DNA from: Phaeosaccion multiseriatum
Lineage: Eukaryota; Protista; Ochrophyta, other classes
DNA: 64,000 nt
NCBI GenBank assembly: GCA_965112735.1
Contig: OZ218950.1
Coordinates: 2,418,001-2,482,000 of the forward strand
Direction: 5' to 3'
Positions 37,901 to 57,402 of the stretch are shown piece by piece. Each line of letters opens with the position of its first letter. The stretch's first letter is position 1. The position numbers and the translations under genes are program-made. The notes under the pieces are model-generated. The model saw only the letters and a program-made list of their open reading frames with translations. It did not search any database and was not told the origin of the DNA.

Positions 37901-40900
37901 TTGGGCCTCGCAGGCCCAGTGCGTAGGACAGGCGATTTGCAGGGCAGCCCGCTGACTCGCCCATCATGGAGTAAGCCTTAACGGCCACGTCTTTGTTCAG
38001 CGCGGCCCAGTCGCCGTGCTGCATGGAGCCCACGAACACTCCAGTGTTGCTGTTGCGCAGCGTGTCCATGGAGAAGCCTGCCTCGTGCAGCGCCTCGTAG
38101 CCGACCTCGAGCATGATGCGCTGAGTGGGGTCCATGACCTCGGCCTCGACCACGGAGATGCCAAACGTGGCGTTGTCAAACATCTCCACGCCGTCGATGA
38201 AGCCTCCGTGCCACTCCTTCGCCGCACCAGGGAGTCTTCCCGGGGGCATGGCGGTGATACATTCCCTTCCCTCCAGCAGCATGGACCAGAAAGCGTCGGG
38301 ACTGTCTGCGCCTCCAGGGAAGCGGCACGCCATGCTCACTATTGCAAGCGGGGCAGAAGCGTCGCCCCCCCCTTGAGGCGATGGCATCATCCTGGGCAGG
38401 CGCAGGCTGCTCGCACTTCCCTCCATGAGCGCTGAGCCCAACCACCCCGCCAAGGCCGCCACGGTGGGGTGGGCGAAGAGGGCGGCACTGCTAACGGGAA
38501 TGTCCGTGAGCAGGTGCAGACGCTGCCTCAGCTCCATGAGCGCCAACGAATCCATGCCAGCCTCCATGAGAGGCTTGTCCATGTCGATGCCGACAGAGCC
38601 TGCCGTGCTAGAGAGGGCGATGTCGGAGATGACGGATCGAAGCCTCTCTTGGCGTTCAGCTGGACTGACACCGCGGAGCTCTGCTGCCAAGGAGTTTCCG
38701 GCCGCCGATGTCGGTGGGGCGGGCAGCAGCTTGAAGGCCTTTCTGCTCGTGAAAGGGGAGGCTCTGACGTTGGTCTTCTCCGCTTGTGATATAGCCGTCC
38801 CCTCCAGGATGACGTGGGCGTTGACACCGCCAAACCCAAAGGAGTTTACAGCTGCAAAAGAAGCAGAAGTAGCCACAGCGAGCAGAAGGGCATGGTGAGA
38901 ACGGGTTCAACAATTTACCATCATACGATAGCTCATACTCTCTAAAGTCCTCTTTGACTTGTCTCGAGAAGAAGCGAGTGAGTGAGTAAGAGTGGGTGAG
39001 TGAGTTATTGGGTGGGTGAGTGAGTGAGTGAGTGAGTGAGTAAGTAAGTGAGTGAGTGAGTGAGTGAGTGAGTGGGTGAGTGAGTGATTGGGTGGGTGAG
39101 TGAGTGAGTGAGTGAGTGAGTGAGTGAGTGAGTGAGTGAATGAGTAAGTGAGGGAGGGAAGGAGGGAGGGAGTGCGGGAGTGAGTGAGTGAGTGAGTGAG
39201 TGAGTGAGTGAGTGAGTGAGTGAGTGAGTGAGTGAGTGAGTGAGTGAGTGAGTGAGTGAGTGAGTGAGTGAGTGGGTGAGTGAGTGATTGAGTGAGTGCG
39301 CGAGTGAGTGAGTTGCCGAGTGAGTGAGTGAGTGATCACAGGAAACGATTTTGAGTAAGGGCCCTCAACGCACCTCCGATTCGGGTGGAGATGGGGGTCA
39401 TGCGTCCGGGGATGGGCAGCAGAGCGCTGTTGCCCTCCGTTTTCAGTGCAGGGTTCAGCGTGGACAAGTTGAGGTTGGGAGGCGCTTGGACATGCCTGAG
39501 CACCAGCACCGTCTTGATGAGCCCCGCAATGCCTGCCGCAGCCTCCGCGTGACCAAGGTTGGTCTTGATCGCTCCAACGACGAGACGGCGGGCTGTCGCC
39601 AGGTCGTGGTCTCCGTAGGTGCCAGCGATGGAAGCCCACTCCGTGCGGTCCCCGAGGGGCGTGCCCGTGCCGTGCGCCTCGATGAAGCTCACGTCCGACA
39701 GAGCGATGCCCGCCTCTGCTACGGAGTCCAAGACCGCGGCCTTCTGTGCCGCTTCGTTGGGGGCAGTGAGGGTCGTGCCGAGGCCCGTGTGATTGATGCA
39801 GGAGCCTCGAATCACCGCCAATATGTTGTCTTGGGCCTCTATGGCGTCTTCGAGGCGCTTTAGCACGACGGCGCCACAGCCCTCTGCTCGCAGCCACAGG
39901 GCACACGCAGCAAATGGAGGTGACTGGAGGGTGAGCTAGGGGATGGTCGAGCCGCGCTCATCAGGCTCATAAAAAAAGGACAATCTCAGACCCAAAGAAA
40001 CACTCCCTGCTCATCCTGCACTTATCTCCCGTATTTCCCCCCCTTCCTCTCCCTTTCCCTTTCTCCCTGTCTCTGCCCCTGCTCCTCTCCATCTCTCCCT
40101 GTCTCGCCTTCTCCCTCTCTCTCTCCCGCTACTACCTCTCTCGCTCTCCCGATCTTTCTCTCCATCTCCCCTTCTCTCCCTCCCTCTCTCATTCCCTCTC
40201 CCTCTCCCTCTCCCGCTCCTGCTCCCTCTTCCCCTGGCGCCTCTCTCCCTCTCCCTGCCTCCGCCTTTCCGTCTCCCTCTCCCTCTCCCTCTCACCGCCC
40301 TCCTTGCGGAGCTGGAAAGGGCCGTGAATCAGAGCGCTGCGGCAAGCAAGCTCTACCACATGTCAATCTCATTCTCGTCCTTCTAGTCTTCTATACAGTC
40401 TCGCAGGCGCCGCTCGTGCTCACCTGCCCGCACGTAGCCGTTGGCAGCGGCATCAAAGACCATGCACTTGTCTGACAGCAAGTGCAGCGATGACATGGCG
40501 GAGAAGGGCTCGGGATTGGTCATGATGGACACTCCTCCGGCCAGGGCCATGTCGCAGTCGCGGCTTTGGAGGCCTCGGCAGGCCTGGTGCACGGCCACGA
40601 GAGAGGAGGAAGAGGCCGTGTTGATGGTCTGCGAAGGTCCAGTCAGACCGAGGGCGTAGGAGACCCGATTGGCCACGAGAGCCTCTGAAGCGCCCGTAGC
40701 AACGTACGGTCCAGGAGCGTGGGACTGCATTTTGGACATCCAGTCTCCGTTGCCGCACCCGATGAACACTCCTGGACGTTCGAGAAGAGGACTTTGTGGT
40801 GAGGTATGTGGTGAGGTCAGTGACCATCAGAGCGAGCATCAGAGCATTTCTCTCCCGCTCCCTCTTCGTCTGATTCTGCATGCTATTTGCTTCAGGCATC

Positions 40901-41881
40901 ACAACTGAAAGGGGTACATCGACCCACCTGTTTTGCTCTCAAGAAGAGCTTCCTTGTCAAGCCCTGCGTCGCGAAAGGTCTCGTAGGCCACCTCCAACAT
41001 GACTGCGGGTGTTCAGGAAACAGCAAAGCAGGTGAGACCTTGTTGGTTTTACTGAAGGCGAAACAACTCCGAGTCACACAGGGAGAGGATTGTGATGCTT
41101 GCTTTGCTTACCTCGCTGCTGAGGGTCCATTGCGGATGCCTCCGGGTCAGAGATGTTGAAGAAGACGTTATCGAACAGCTCTACGTCGGGGAGGAAGCCT
41201 CCCCGCGTGGGGTAACCGCTTTCTCCACGCTTGAGCTTGTCCAAGGCCGCAGGCTCCCATCTGTGAGAGAGACGCGCGCGAACGCGCGAGGAGTGTTTTG
41301 GGAGGCGCCAGCCAGAAGGAGACAAAGATAAGGGTTAGAGCCATGAGCTCTTGACCGTGTGTACAGTGATTCTTCGCCCTCATACCGTCCGTCCACTACC
41401 ATCCCAACTCCCTCCCACCCAACCACTCCAGCAAGATGTGCTGCGGTGGCAGGAGGGGGCGGGGGCAAAATGCTAAGCGCCGTGATGCACGCTGCCCATC
41501 ATCTCCAAGGTTCCGTCGCCCAGACCCAGCCAACCACCGCCCACTCACGCACCTATCTGTGGGCATGTCTGTGATGCCGCTGCCCTCCCTGCAGAGCAGG
41601 TCCCACAGCTCAGGAACAGAGTTGGCACCTCCAGGGAAGCGGCAGGCCATTCCAACAATGGCAATGTCGCCACGACGATGGCCGCCTTTCTCGCTTCTCG
41701 TTGGTCCGCTGCCCATGTTTGGGTGCGTGGGGGAGGGAGGCGCCCTTCGAACCTCGTCCTCTTTGCCTGCTGGCACTGGTGCTGCTGGTGCTGCGGGTGT
41801 CTCCGCCGCCGGTGCCTCCCCCGCACCTGTTGCTGCACCCTGAGGCTGATCCTGCACCGGCTCCTTGCCGGGCCCGGGCAT
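11325..41881 (-). CDS. Giant six-module type I PKS with a Pls/PosA-like transmembrane terminal domain (copy A); ~9,285 aa if read through, 9,038 aa to the internal TGA at 12068-12066
   Basis: Exons 41881-41553, 41260-41112, 41002-40928, 40771-40424, 39883-39374, 38851-37732, 37586-36815, 36668-31405, 31243-26975, 26820-21715, 21557-15330, 15212-12646, 12445-11325; all GT-AG, phases sum to 27,858 nt. Contains 6 KS, 3 AT (GHSLG/HAFH), 3 DH, 3 ER, 4 KR, 6 ACP (GxDS). Start codon is inferred: the upstream acceptor region differs by 7 nt between copies, so it is probably UTR. Confidence 0.93.
14045..16010 (-). other. PKS module 6: KS-(AT remnant)-ACP
   Basis: DTACSSS, HGTGT, KTSVGH; PLVFMYSG resembles the AT-start motif FLFTGQG; ACP FLELGMDSLAVVQL. 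Confidence 0.85.
16150..22340 (-). other. PKS module 5: KS-AT-DH-ER-KR-ACP
   Basis: DTACSSS; GHSLG, HAFH; HAVNNMVIIP; HAASGGVG; LDD, YAAGN; GLDSL. Confidence 0.9.
22410..27605 (-). other. PKS module 4: KS-DH-ER-KR-ACP (AT-less)
   Basis: QTACSSS; the KS end (NAHAVLS) is joined by ~30 aa to the linker LYPTRQAFRW, then DH HAVNNVVIIP / HPAVLDNATH; ER; KR with LDD; GLDSL. Confidence 0.9.
27670..32040 (-). other. PKS module 3: KS-AT-KR-ACP (no DH or ER)
   Basis: DTACSSS; GHSLGQ, HAFH; the post-AT linker LFPTRKAFPWY runs straight into the pseudo-KR LYVVEW; KR GGLGGLG, LND, YAAAN; GLDSM. Confidence 0.9.
32100..38355 (-). other. PKS module 2: KS-AT-DH-ER-KR-ACP
   Basis: DTLCSSS; GQGSQ, GHSLG, HAFH; HAVGGVVLMP, HPAVLDNAAH; HAASGGVG; GGLGALG, LDD, YAAAN; GLDSM. 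Confidence 0.9.
38430..41670 (-). other. PKS module 1 (loading): KS(Cys->Ser)-ACP, no AT
   Basis: GPSQTINTASSSSLVAV; HGTGT and KTNLGH retained; ACP MEAGMDSLALMELRQRL. Coordinates approximate. Confidence 0.85.
38975..39335. repeat. (GAGT)n microsatellite in intron 5 of PKS copy A
   Basis: Tandem GAGT array; the intron is 522 nt here versus 377 nt in copy B. Confidence 0.9.
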
Positions 41882-42558
41882 TCTCTCTCCTCCTTGTTGG
41901 CCAGCCAGATCCAACGCTGGAGAGAGAGTGAGCAAGTATGGGAGTAAAACGATGGTGAGAGAGAGACCGCGGACAACTATGATGCTGTGCGTGGTCTCCC
42001 TCCTGTGGTCTCCCCCCTTGCTTGGAGGAAAGGGATCGAAAGGGAGTCATGAGGAGGCGAGGGGCGGGGGCGGGGGGGGAGCAGAAACATAGGGTTATGG
42101 GCCGGCCGCCGCCCCGTGCTTCCCTTCCTAACTAGCTTGGTGAAGACACTCCTTGGGATGGCCTGAGTGAACATCACGTGTTGCATGTGCAATTTTTCCG
42201 GGTGCCAGCACAAGGAACAAAAAGGGGAAAAGGGGTCAGCTCGTACCCACCTTTCTTCTTCTCCTCCTCTCCCTGCTGTTCTGCTGTTATCCTCCTGCCT
42301 TCCTCTCCTCTGCCGCAGCCTCTCCTCTGCCGCAGCTGTGCCACATTCCGCGGCAATGTTGTCTTCTTAAAAACTTATTTTCTTTCACTTTATGTCTCTA
42401 TTTCTTAAACCCCCCCCCCCCCCCCCCCGAGGAGATCAAGGTCAGAAGTAACGGAAGGATCGCCCGGATCCAGATCGGATCCGAGCTCCGAATCTGGGCC
42501 ATCGAACTTTCCACCAAATTTTCTGAGCGCTCCAAGCCCCCCCCTCGACCCCCCCCCA

Positions 42559-42783
42559 TCGGCCCCCCGTGGGGCTTCTCGGGCTCCGGGCTTCTAGGCA
42601 ATAGCCCCCTCCAGGCTTCGGGCTTCTGGCCGCAGGCCTGAGGTCTGGGCTTCGGGCTTCTCAGGCTGGGGGAAAAAATGGGAGACTTGGGCTTCTCTGG
42701 GAGCTATGGGCTTCTTGCTTTCGGCCGCAGGCCGCCTCAGGCTTCTGCTTATCGGGGGCCCGAGAAGCCCCGCGGGGGGCCGA
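42559..42783. mobile_element. MITE-like element with 26-bp terminal inverted repeats
   Basis: TCGGCCCCCCGTGGGGCTTCTCGGGC (42559-42584) matches the reverse complement of 42758-42783 at 25/26 positions. CCCCCA flanks both sides (possible TSD). Internal repeats of GGGCTTC. Confidence 0.6.
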
Positions 42784-42915
42784 CCCCCAGCGCTCACTCA
42801 CACTCTTCTACTCTAGGGCAGCAAGCTCTCTTTTCTCCTCTACTCTTAGGACACGAAGCTCTCTCGCATCACGTCCCTCAAGCAGCTCACTCATACTCCT
42901 CTATACTCTACACCT

Positions 42916-51449
<8,534 letters not shown>

Positions 51450-51681
51450 TTTCCTTGGCCTGCCGGTCCCTGCAGCTGAAACAGCAGCACCACACCACTT
51501 GCGGGAAGGCAAGCGTCTCGTTTGGCACTGACTCGAAGGAGGGGAGGCTGACATACGAGGCGCAATATTGGAAACATTTCACAGGTGCACGCGTTAGTTC
51601 TTCGATGCAACTGTACATTGTAGATCGATTAGATACTTTGTTGCTTCCCTTCTACAACAGACAAAAGCAAACCATTTCATC
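51450..51681. promoter_or_regulatory. Probable compact bidirectional promoter between IleRS and MGST3
   Basis: Only 232 bp separate the divergent start codons; no specific motifs identified. Confidence 0.5.
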
Positions 51682-53127
51682 ATGGGTTTCCTCGACACGT
51701 TGACCCTCCAACCAGCGCATGGATATACGGTCGGCGTGGCGCTGTTCAGGTGGGCGCATTATTTTTCTTCCCTACGTCCCGCTTTCTTTCTCACGGATCG
51801 TTCCTCCCCCCCCTGTTATCCTCTTCCTGCCCTACACACGTACAGCGCGGTCGTGAACGTCTACGGCATTGTTGGTAAGGAATGAGGAGACCGGAAGGAA
51901 TGCCCCCTTCGAAACGGGGAGACAAATCAACTCCACCAAACCGAAAACGTCTGTTCCCATCCCACCCTCACCACCACTTCGTCTGCTGCTCTGCTCTACT
52001 CTGTGCGTCTTCCCCCCTCATTAGTCGTCGTCAAGGCCCGCAAGAAGTACAAATGCGCATATCCGACGGTGAGCACAGATTCGCATAAGCACGTTGGTCT
52101 CTTTCTCTCCTCTGGTCGCTCCCTCCCAAAGACATTCATTTTCTCGCTGTCCCACTCCCTCCCCGCTGCTCTCTCTACTTTCTCACATTCGCTCCTTCTC
52201 TCTCAACCTGTGCCCCCACAACTCCCCCTCCAATTCTATTCACTCCTCTCTGTTGCCACCCTGGTTCTCTCTCTCAGCTGTACATGAACAAGGATGAGAA
52301 GAACGCCAAAGAGTTCAACTGCTGCCAGCGGGCTCACCAGGTCAGTGTCAGTATGCTTGAATCAGTCTCGATGAATCGCTTCATCTCGAGTCCGAGGAAT
52401 GGAGGGCCCGTCGGGGGCTATGCCTCCAACGAGGGTATCTCGCCACTTTGCCATACGCACACGCTCACTCACCGCCGCCTCTCTCCCCTCCCCTCGCTGC
52501 CCCTCTTCCCCTCTCTCTCTCTCTATCTCCCCCTCCCTCCCTCCCTCCCTCCCTCCTCTCCCCCTCAGAACTACTTGGAGAACTGGTTTCCTACCATCAT
52601 GTTTATGGGTCTCGCCAGCATCCACAGACCGGTCGCGGCAGCCGCGTGCGGTGCGTTAAGAGTGGTTTCCTCCTCCTCCTCCTCCTCCTCCTCCTCCTCC
52701 TCCTCCTCCGTGTTGTGGTGTGGTGTGGTGTGATGTGATGGTGTACGCCTTCTTTTCTGTGGTGTGGTGTGGGGTGGTGTGATGTGATGGTGTATGACTG
52801 TCCCCTATTCCCTTTCTCGTGCCTCTGCCTCTCCAACTTGCTGCCTCCCATCGCCATCCGCGCCCTCCCCTTGCCCCGACGACCTTCCCCCGGGGTCCAG
52901 CCCTGGCCCTCACCCTCACCCTCACCTGACTACCCGTTGTTTGGTTGTTGCGGTCCGTCAATGCCCTTCTCTCAGGCTTTGTTCGCTTCGCACTCTATCT
53001 CGCGTACATTCGGGGCTACAGCACTGGAAACCCCGAGAAGCGCATGTTCGGAAACTTCGGCTACATTGGCTACTTTGGGGTTATTGGGATGAGCGCCGAG
53101 CTCGCCTACAAGCTTATCACGGCCTAA
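51682..53127 (+). CDS. MGST3: MAPEG-family microsomal glutathione S-transferase 3-like, 145 aa, 6 exons
   Basis: Exons 51682-51749, 51846-51874, 52025-52068, 52278-52340, 52569-52650, 52976-53127. ARKKYKCAYPTLY...FNCCQRAHQNYLEN...YIRGYSTGNPEKR. Confidence 0.92.
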
Positions 53128-53154
53128 TCGGCTGACAATGGAACGACTGACAAC

Positions 53155-53225
53155 CGGCACTGTAACGTCAGTGTAACGGCACTGTAACGGCACTGTAGAA
53201 CGTCAGTGTAGCGGTAGTGTAACGA
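53155..53225. repeat. Short ~11-bp imperfect tandem repeat (GGCACTGTAAC/GTCAGTGTAAC) 3' of MGST3
   Basis: About six imperfect units read directly. Confidence 0.65.
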
Positions 53226-53344
53226 GAGTACAAGAGGATGCTCTGACTGACTCGCTGACGTGCTCTGACTGACTGGGCTGGTTGGCTCTGGTCGTGTTAG
53301 TTGTGAGCGTGTGGGTCCTCCAGCGAGACACATATGCACGCACG

Positions 53345-53401
<57 letters not shown>

Positions 53402-54676
53402 CAAGCGCCCATGCTCCCTCAGAGTGAGGGATGGCAGCCATTGGATGGACGTCAGTGGATGGCACCAGAGCTGTTTCGTATTTACTGCAGAGGATTGCAC
53501 CCATGCCATGTCTCACTCACTGAGTGAAGAGTGCATGCCACAGTTCCCTGGTAAACATAGATTTCCACGCATTATATTATTTTACTACAATGTACGATTC
53601 TTTTTTAAAAAAATATCTGCCCTAAATAAAACGAAGAGTATTCCGACATACAGTAGATACAGCACAACAACTCAAAGACTACGTACGCACGGACACTGTA
53701 CCAAAACGCCACCCGTTCTGACCCGATCCGGAAGGGACAGGGCAAGACAGGGACAGGAACACACACTCACAGGGAGAGAGAGAGGGAAAGAGATTGGGCG
53801 AGAAAGGAAGAGAGGGAAAGGGGGAAAGGCGCGTCCTCATGGCCCCGGCCTTTCCTTGCCGCCTCCGTGTCTCCCCATCTGCCCCACTGCCTGCCTGTTT
53901 TTGTCTATCTGGTCTGCGTGCGCCCGAGTGTACTGTGCTGTGCTGTGGTGTTGTGGTGTTGTGGGTGGGTGCTGGGTGGGTGCCTCCTCGGGTGAAGGTG
54001 CTTCACTTCACTCAAGCCCTCCCTCCTTTGCCCCTTGTCCTCCCTCTTGTCTTCGCGTCCTCTCGGGCGCTCGCTGCCCCGCCCCCCCCCACACACAGAG
54101 AGAGAGACAGACAGCCCTGCCATCTGCAGCTGAGTAGGTAGGTAGATAGGTACTTAGGTAGATAGGTTGGTAGACAGGTAGGTGCGTGCGTGTTGTGCCG
54201 CTGCAGCGGGCAGAAGGCCACCCAGCCATAGTCTTCTCTTTCCTCTCCGTCTGTACCGTCCGTGTCCTTCATTAACATGGCGCGATGTACTGTGATGCGA
54301 TGTTTGGTCCAAAGCATCCAAGCAGAGCCTCCCCCCCATTTGCCCCTGCCCCTTCCTGTCCTTGTACGAGTTTGCATGGCCATGTGCGCATGCCTCATGC
54401 CCCATACCCCAAGGCCTTTATTGAGTGTTGCCCCCCTCACTACTCTTTACCCTTTACCCTCTACCCATTCCCAACCAACCAACCAACCAACCAACCAACC
54501 AACCAAACAACCAACCAAGCAGGAAGAGGAGGACCCCCCCCCCGCCTCCCACCACCCCCAATTCCGCCCTGCTGCTCCAATCAACCAAGGGGGAGATAGA
54601 GGACATCCCTCTCCTCCTCACCCCTCCCCTGCTCTCCAAGTCAACCAACCAACCAACCAACCAATCAACCAACCAC

Positions 54677-57356
54677 TCAGGAGAGCCCCCCACCGGACCC
54701 CGCTGGCTTCTTATCTCCTGGAGCATACCAGAAGCAAAGCCCGATGAGAAAGTAGGTGGTGATGAGCAGGCTGCCCTCGAGCCAGTTGCTAGAGCCGGCA
54801 GCGCAGCAGGTGGAGACGATGATGATGGAGAGGATGTAAAGTGTAACTTCGATCGTGGGGAAGGCCAGGTCCATCGGTTTGTCCATCGCCCACCCTGTGT
54901 ATGGTGTGGTGGTGGTACACAGATGGCAACACACGGATGAGGAGAAGAATGAGGGGGGGGGAGGGGGGAAGGGAAGGTGAACGTGAGTGTCAGCAGTCGG
55001 TGGAGGCAGTACATCCTGATCAAGTGCAGCACAAAGTCGCCACAGAGAGGGGGGGAGAGAGAGAGAGAAAGAGCGAAAGAGAGAGAGAGAGAGGGAGAGA
55101 GAGAGAAAGAGAGGGATAGATAGAGAGAGGGACTGCCATCCCACCTACCTACGAGGGGGCAGAAGGGCACCACAAACATAGACACTTGCACCGGACTACC
55201 CATCTACTACCATCCCCTCCCACCCCATCCCCACTCCATCCACTGCCATCCACTTCCACCCCACCCCCACCCCCATCCACTGCCATCCATCCCACCTACC
55301 TGCGAGGACGCAGAAGGGCACCACAAACATGGACACTTGCACCGCACTGCCCACCGCCACTCCAATAGCGAGTTCCATCTTTCCCTTCATGGCCACCGCC
55401 ACCGCGGTTATGTGCTCCACAGCGTTACCGACGATGGGGAGCAGGATTATGCCAACAAAGGTCTTGGATAGGTTAGCCTGAGAGAGTAGGGAGGAGGTGA
55501 GCGTGTGAGGGGGTTTGGGGGTGAAGGGATGGAGGAGGGGGAGGGGTGAGGGGGTGACGTGAGGGCGTGAAGTGGAGCAGGACGTTTGGGGGCGTTTCTT
55601 GATGTCTGTTGCGGTTGTTCCTCTCATCGATTGGCTGCCTGAATGCATGCCACACACACACACACACACACCTCCTCCGTGAACCCGTCGATGGAGCCCA
55701 CAAGGAAGTCCGAAAGGTAGGCCACAAAGAGCGTCAGGCCGGCCAAACCGCCCATGGCGAAGGGGAAAGACATGGTCGTCTCGTCCTCTTCCTCCTGAAG
55801 GGATATAGACATCGACATGTAAGTGAGTTAGTAAGTCAGTCGGTCCTCGTCAGGATGGCAAGGCAGCAGCCCATGGCGAAGGTCCTCCCTCCTCTTGTGC
55901 CGTGAAATCGACACGCAGTATCGATGTACGATACAGAATATCGAGACATGCCAATACACTGACCTCGCCCTCCTCATCGTCGTAGAGGTGTGTGTGTGTT
56001 CTGAGTTGGAAGACAAGCAGCTGCAGAGCAAAGGGGGAGAGGGAGGGAGGGAGGGAGGAGGAGGATCAGCACACACACATCACATACGGCAGGCAAGCAG
56101 GTAGGTAGGCAGGTAGGCAGGCAGGCAGGTAGTCAGGCAGGCAGGCCGCCACGGGTGAGGGTAAGAGAGACAAGAGACTGAACGACAGACAGACACACAG
56201 AGACGCATGTCCACCTCCACCTCCACCTCCTGACACCGCGTACTGCCCCCTTCCTGTAAGTAAGCGCACGAGGGGGCTCCAGCCAGCCCCCTCCCTCTCC
56301 CTACCCTTCGTCTCCATGAGACTGACACCAGGCACTGGTACTAAACAAGCCGAAACTTAAACCCCTATCCTCACCTGTATGTACATGGCGAGAAGGCCCA
56401 GTCCTGCGAATCTCGAGATCATGAGCACATTCTCCTCATCCTTGGACTGCGCCATTGGGGCCGGCAGCACCAGAGCCAGAGAGGACAGTAGCAGCAGAGC
56501 CATGTTGGCCACAGCGCTGGTAGAGGGGGGGGGTGTGGACGGACGCCAGTTCAGTTCCGTTTGGTAGTCTTTCTCTCCAACCCTCTCTCCCTCCCTCCCT
56601 CCCTTTACCTGGTAGAGTTGAACCTCTGCTCTCTGTGTATGAGGCCTCCGAAGAAGAAGCAGCAGCCCAAGACGAGGAGCATGTTGCTGAACACAGAGCC
56701 GAGCAGAGACGCCTGCACCACTCTAATCTGATCCGCACGGAGAGCCTGAGGGAGGGAGTGAGTGGGTGGGTGAGTCAGTGGGTGGGTGAGTGAGTGGGTG
56801 AGTGAGTGGGTGAGTGAGTGAGTAAGTGAGTGAGTGAGTGGGTGGGTGAGGGTAGAGAGAGAGAAAGGGATACACGATGGCGCGTGTTTGGTTCGGGAAG
56901 AGCCTCCTGTAAGGGAGGAAGAGGTCAGACCTTCATTCCTTCGCCCCTTCCTTCCTTCCTTCCTTCCTCCCTCCCTTGCTGCCGATCTGACTGACCTGCA
57001 GCGCCACCACCACCTCCACGGCGTTACCGAAAGTGGCGTTGATGAGGCCTCCGATGGTTTGGTTCGTGTGATTCGCCAGCTCCTGCACACGCACACACGC
57101 ACGCACGCACGCACGCACGCACACACACGCACACACACGCACACACGAGCAACAAAGATGAATTCCGAGAATTGAATCTCACACATCCTCTCCCTCCCCC
57201 TCTCACACTCCCTCTCTCTCTCTCTACAGACCTCCGTAAAGTCTCCGAGCATTGATGCGAGAGGCACCATTGCGATGAAGTTCAGTGTGAAGGTCAGCGT
57301 GTCTCCCCAGCCTGTTGGTGGTACAGAGCAAGAGGACGGGGGGATTACAGATGGAG

Positions 57357-57402
<46 letters not shown>

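Noticed and set aside
15400-38800. Numerous plus-strand and alternative-frame ORFs over the PKS
   Set aside because: Antisense shadows of a GC-rich coding sequence with no recognisable motifs.
38921-38958. Possible micro-exon VKEDFREYELSYD in PKS intron 5
   Set aside because: Direct splicing gives the canonical TRIGAVNSFGFGG, and the equivalent sequence in copy B contains TAG.
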